38,324 nucleotides of DNA from Myxococcales bacterium UBA1238 (GTDB lineage: Bacteria > Myxococcota_A > Bradymonadia > UBA7976 > UBA1532), in assembly GCA_002309015.1 (NCBI GenBank), contig DBWM01000055.1:76310-114633 (forward strand). Direction: 5' to 3'. This document shows positions 34,580 to 38,324 of the stretch, one piece after another (positions within the stretch are counted from its first letter, which is position 1; the number at the start of each line of letters is the position of its first letter). Under the pieces are notes generated by a model. It made no database searches and was not told the DNA's origin. It saw only the letters and a program-made list of their open reading frames with translations. A program made the translations under genes and the position numbers.

Positions 34580-35956
34580 TTAACCCCGGTAAACATAGCG
34601 CAGCGCCAGCAGGACCGCGTGCATCTGATGCTGCACCACATCGATGCGCAACGCGGGATTGATCCAGCTGTTCTGAATCCCACCGCGCGCGCGCTCAGGC
34701 ATACTGGCAAACCAGAAAGCCCACCCATCAGCGCGGGGATGCCCCAGCTGCCAGCCCGTCAGCTGACCCATGCCGATGTCGATCACCGAACGCAGTTCGT
34801 TGGCCAGTCGCGGCTCGTTGTGGGTGCGCGCAAGCTCGTAAGCGTGGATCAGGCCTTCGTAGGCGTAAGCGGTGTTGCGGGTGCAGAAGAGCGTGTGGTG
34901 CGTATGGACCATCCAGCGGGCGAGTTCCAGCACGCGATTCACGTAAGCACTTGAAACTTCACGGTTTGCAGTCGCGATCTCGTAAAAGGCCATGGAGCTC
35001 CACTGGTAATATCCTTTGGTGGTATCGGAGTTCGGATGTTCCTTCAGCGCCGCCGCCACATTGAGCTGATAACCCTGCTCTGCAGCCGACTCGACGATCG
35101 GCCAATAATCTTTGTAATCCAAATACTTAGCCGCTTTTACGAGGGCCAGCAGAGATTCCCCGTCGAAATATGGGGAAGGCGCGCCCATCGGCTGACCGTC
35201 GCTTAAACTGTAGCGCGCATGCCACCGGCCATCCTCAGCGCGAGCCGTCGCCAAAAACCGCAAGTAGCCCGAAAGCGCCTCCTCACAGCGCGCGCGCAAG
35301 GGATCGGAAGCGGGAGCCGCCCGTAAAAAGTCGATATGCGCCAGGGCAAGCAGCGCGATGGTCCCCGTGCTGCCCTGCGAACTGTTCGGATAGGCGACGT
35401 ATTTTGCTCCATCGGGCCTCATGTGAGAGCGCGCTTCCCAAAAACGAAAACCGCGCTCCAGCGCCTGCCTCAAGGCCGGATCGCCCTCGCCCTGAGTTCC
35501 AAAATGCCCCCAAAGCAGCGAGAGGCCCCAAAGCGCGCCCGCCTGCCGCACATCGCCGTCTCCGGGCAGGATCCTGTCGGCTTTCCAGTCATATTCATAA
35601 ACAAAATTCCCCTCCTGCTGCTGGTTGGCCAGGAAATAATCGCGGCCGAGCTTTAGGGAGAGTTCGAGCTCCGAAGCTTTTAAATCGCCCGATAGATCCG
35701 TCGTATCGCTGAATGCGAACCCCGTGGTCACCCGCACGCGCGCCCAAAAGCGGCTGGGCAGACAGATGCCCGCGATGATGGCCAAGGCAGCGATCAACCC
35801 TATGAAAATAAACGGCTTTTTCTTTTTAGGCCTGACCGGTTTCAACTCCGGCTTCGGCTCCGGTTTGGGTTCGGGCACCGTCTCACAATGGGCATCGCCC
35901 GCCGACACGAGATCTTCGTTGGGGCATGCCGCGTTTTCGTTTTCATGGTTTGCCAT
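34580..35956 (-). CDS. Membrane-anchored helical-toroid (alpha/alpha barrel-like) protein of unknown function
   Basis: GGAG before ATG 35956; TM FIFIGLIAALAIIAGICL; YFLANQQQEGNFVYEYDW, RQAGALWGL, PYFDGESLLAL, LRIDVVQH. The fold call is an inference. Confidence 0.7.
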   Translation of the reverse strand: MANHENENAACPNEDLVSAGDAHCETVPEPKPEPKPELKPVRPKKKKPFIFIGLIAALAIIAGICLPSRFWARVRVTTGFAFSDTTDLSGDLKASELELSLKLGRDYFLANQQQEGNFVYEYDWKADRILPGDGDVRQAGALWGLSLLWGHFGTQGEGDPALRQALERGFRFWEARSHMRPDGAKYVAYPNSSQGSTGTIALLALAHIDFLRAAPASDPLRARCEEALSGYLRFLATARAEDGRWHARYSLSDGQPMGAPSPYFDGESLLALVKAAKYLDYKDYWPIVESAAEQGYQLNVAAALKEHPNSDTTKGYYQWSSMAFYEIATANREVSSAYVNRVLELARWMVHTHHTLFCTRNTAYAYEGLIHAYELARTHNEPRLANELRSVIDIGMGQLTGWQLGHPRADGWAFWFASMPERARGGIQNSWINPALRIDVVQHQMHAVLLALRYVYRG

Positions 35957-37097
35957 CGTCTTTTCTCCAGATGAGCGCATCGCCTGCAGATTCCAGCGAG
36001 GGATGCGAATGGGCGCGCAGTTGACTCAGACAGCCTGCAGCGTCTCCGATGTTGGGATAGGGCACAAAATGCACCTTGCGGTTTTGATTGACCAGCGAGC
36101 GGATGGTGATTTGACGGATGCCGGAAGCGTCGAACGAGACGGTGGGCAGGTAACCGCAGGTAAAAACATCGCGCCCGGGCGTTCCAAACACAAAGTTGCC
36201 CATCGAAAACAGTACGGGCACGCCATCCACCAGTTCAAAGGGCTGACCCACATGGGTTCCATGGCCTAAAATCGCGTCAACTCCAGCAGCGACAAGGGCT
36301 TTTGCAAGTCGCCGCTGGCGGTGATCGATGCCCCGGTAATCGACGCCCCAATGAGGCAAAGCGATCACCACATGAGCCCCCGCCGCCCGCAGACGCGCCA
36401 CGTCGGCCTTAAAGTGATAGGGCGCAAGCTCCGCAACCCCTCCGCGATCGCCCAGGGCATACCAGTTGAGCCAAAAATCGTACTGCGCGCGCCATTTATA
36501 ACCGTTGAGCAGCCCCAGCCTGAAGCCACCCACATCGACGATGAGCCCTCGCCTCGCCTCCGCTTCGTCCCGACCGGCCCCGAGCGTCCGGATGCCCCGG
36601 AATTCCGCCGCCTTCAGCGTATCGACCAGACCCAAAAAGCCGCGATCGAGCGTGTGATTGTTGCCGAGGGTCATCACCGAAAAGCCTGCGGCCTTCAGCG
36701 CGTCGAGCGAAAGCGGGGAGGCTGCATAGCGATATTGTTTATATCCTGTACCCTGATCCCCTTTTGAGAGCGCGCGTTCCGTAATGGGGGCCTCCAGGTT
36801 CAGCACGCCCAAATCCGCCTCCCGCGTCCAGGGCGTCATTTTTTGAAGCAGGCCCTCGTAACCGAGCTCGGCAATCTTTTTTTGCGCCGCATCCCCAAGG
36901 AGCGTGTCGCCCGCAAAGATCACCTGGGCCAGATGGCCCGCTCGTCCGACCGAAACCGTTTGGGGCGCAGGCGGTTCCACACTCCAAATCGCAAATCTTC
37001 CATGGAACCAGAAAGCATGGAACGAGAGCGCCAAAACCGCCGCGATGACCAGGGCACACCCCACCCTTTTCAGCCATTTTTTTGAGCAGAATCGCAT
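35943..37097 (-). CDS. CapA/PgsA family (PGA_cap) metallophosphatase-fold protein
   Basis: N-terminal TM; FAGDTLLG, LNLEAPI, GNNHTLD, PHWG, GHGTHV, FSMGNF. Confidence 0.92.
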   Translation of the reverse strand: MRFCSKKWLKRVGCALVIAAVLALSFHAFWFHGRFAIWSVEPPAPQTVSVGRAGHLAQVIFAGDTLLGDAAQKKIAELGYEGLLQKMTPWTREADLGVLNLEAPITERALSKGDQGTGYKQYRYAASPLSLDALKAAGFSVMTLGNNHTLDRGFLGLVDTLKAAEFRGIRTLGAGRDEAEARRGLIVDVGGFRLGLLNGYKWRAQYDFWLNWYALGDRGGVAELAPYHFKADVARLRAAGAHVVIALPHWGVDYRGIDHRQRRLAKALVAAGVDAILGHGTHVGQPFELVDGVPVLFSMGNFVFGTPGRDVFTCGYLPTVSFDASGIRQITIRSLVNQNRKVHFVPYPNIGDAAGCLSQLRAHSHPSLESAGDALIWRKDDGKP

Positions 37098-37099
37098 GG

Positions 37100-37828
37100 T
37101 TACTGAATGGGATTGGCGAGGGGATCGAAGTCCTTGGGCCAGCGGGTGCCCTCATCGCTTTGGGTGTATTTGGTGGGCACCGTTGTAAAATCGCAGCGCG
37201 AAAGATCGAGGCCCTGAACACCGAGCAGGTTGGCGCGGAAAAGGCTAGTGGGTTCTACGAATGCGCAGCGCAAATCCGCCTCGCGAAAATCCACATATTC
37301 CATGAAGCAGTCGTGCAGATTGGCGTTTTGGAAGTTCGCCTTCTGGGCTTTGAAGCATTCCAGATGCGCGCCTTTAAAATTGCAGCCCTGCAAAACGGCC
37401 CCCGAAAAATCCGCCTCGTCGAGGCAGCTGCCCATAAATTCAGCGCGCTCAGCGCGAAACGGCTGGATGCCTCGTTGCTGAACGAAGGCTTTGCGGGCAT
37501 CGCTGTCGTTGGGATTTCCGGAGCCGGGCGTCTCGCGCATGAGATCGATCACCTCTTCTTCGGTAAAGGCGGATCCGGTGCAGATGCAGCGTTTTAAGCA
37601 GGCGCCGCTGAAGACCGCGCGGTGGGCGGTGCATTCCAAAAAGCGACATTTGGTCAAATCGGCGTCGTAAAACAGCACCTCGTCGAAGCAGCAGCGGCGG
37701 AACGTCAGCTTCGACAAGTCGAGCCGCGAGCAATCCAGCTTCATCAGTTTCAAGTCGGTCAGGCTCTCTGGCGGCAGTCTGCCGTCGCGCACCCGTTCCA
37801 CAAAGGCCAAAAACTTTTTAAGCTTCAT
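37100..37828 (-). CDS. Pentapeptide repeat protein
   Basis: A(D/N)(L/F)xx repeats (ADFSG AVLQG CNFKG AHLEC; ANFQN ANLHD; ADLRC); GGAGGT before ATG 37828; terminal TRWP motif. Confidence 0.85.
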   Translation of the reverse strand: MKLKKFLAFVERVRDGRLPPESLTDLKLMKLDCSRLDLSKLTFRRCCFDEVLFYDADLTKCRFLECTAHRAVFSGACLKRCICTGSAFTEEEVIDLMRETPGSGNPNDSDARKAFVQQRGIQPFRAERAEFMGSCLDEADFSGAVLQGCNFKGAHLECFKAQKANFQNANLHDCFMEYVDFREADLRCAFVEPTSLFRANLLGVQGLDLSRCDFTTVPTKYTQSDEGTRWPKDFDPLANPIQ

Positions 37829-37961
37829 CCAGGGCACCTCCCTTTCGCCAAGCAAGTACCAATTTCTCACTGCGGAGTCCAGCGAGGGTCGCAAAGCTTG
37901 CCTTCAAACCCAGGTTTTGTATGCTGTTGGACTCCATTCCCCACCGAGGAGCTTTCAAAAA

Positions 37962-38324
37962 ATGCGCATCTGGCTGTTTTTTTTGACGCTTTGTTTTTTG
38001 CCCCAGTTCGCAATGGCGAAGCCCGACCTCAGGCTCTGCACGGGCGCAGAAGGCGGGTCTTACTGGGGATTTGCACAAGATCTCAAAAAGATGGTGAAAG
38101 GAAGCCTCAACGTCAAAATCATTCCAACCAACGGATCCTGGGATAACCTGACCCGACTCGAAGCCAGCCCGCAGCAATGCGACGCCATCATCGTCCAAAG
38201 CGACATTTACTTTAAGTACGTCACCAATCGTCCCGACGCATTCCGGCATATTAAGGATCACCAAAACCCCGATCAGCTCGATCTCGTCGAGGTGATGCCC
38301 GAATATGTGCATCTTTTTTGCAAT
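37962..38324 (+). CDS. TAXI-family TRAP transporter solute-binding protein, 5' part (runs off the right edge; not in the ORF track)
   Basis: Manual translation: MRIWLFFLTLCFLPQFAMA-KPDLRLCTGAEGGSYW...PTNGSWDNLTRL...CDAIIVQSD...MPEYVHLFCN; GAGGAG upstream. Confidence 0.82.
   Translation, partial: MRIWLFFLTLCFLPQFAMAKPDLRLCTGAEGGSYWGFAQDLKKMVKGSLNVKIIPTNGSWDNLTRLEASPQQCDAIIVQSDIYFKYVTNRPDAFRHIKDHQNPDQLDLVEVMPEYVHLFCN

Noticed and set aside
37100-37828. Qnr/MfpA-type quinolone resistance gene
   Set aside because: Only generic pentapeptide repeats, interrupted by a non-repeat insert. Nothing specific to Qnr and no mobile context.
37818-38312. 164-aa minus-strand ORF
   Set aside because: Shadow of the plus-strand TAXI solute-binding gene starting at 37962.

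Overview
A gene-dense chromosomal segment from a myxobacterium-like deltaproteobacterium. The Myxococcota/Bradymonadia assignment is an inference from MYXO-CTERM tails, an FHA-sigma54 activator, a Hanks kinase, CarD/CdnL and many Cys-rich lipoproteins. About 29 CDSs are supported. I saw no rRNA, tRNA, CRISPR array or mobile element. Housekeeping genes (ftsH partial, mntP, rlmD, asd, truA, carD/cdnL, bamD) are interleaved with cell-envelope and surface genes. The strongest candidate for a new system is the single uninterrupted ORF between asd and truA (24686-26449). It reads as a polyprotein: signal peptide, FN3-type surface domain, an internal MYXO-CTERM sorting signal whose basic tail doubles as the N-region of a second signal peptide, then an outer-membrane beta-barrel. 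Other highlights: a gingipain-type (C25) protease ending in MYXO-CTERM instead of a T9SS tail, an 11-EGF fibrillin-like lipoprotein, a TPR/kinase/FHA-EBP/lipoprotein/OMP signalling cluster whose kinase appears to need a CTG start, an orphan CapA operon, and several candidate promoters lacking the -7 T. All family calls come from motif recognition by eye; no database search was run.
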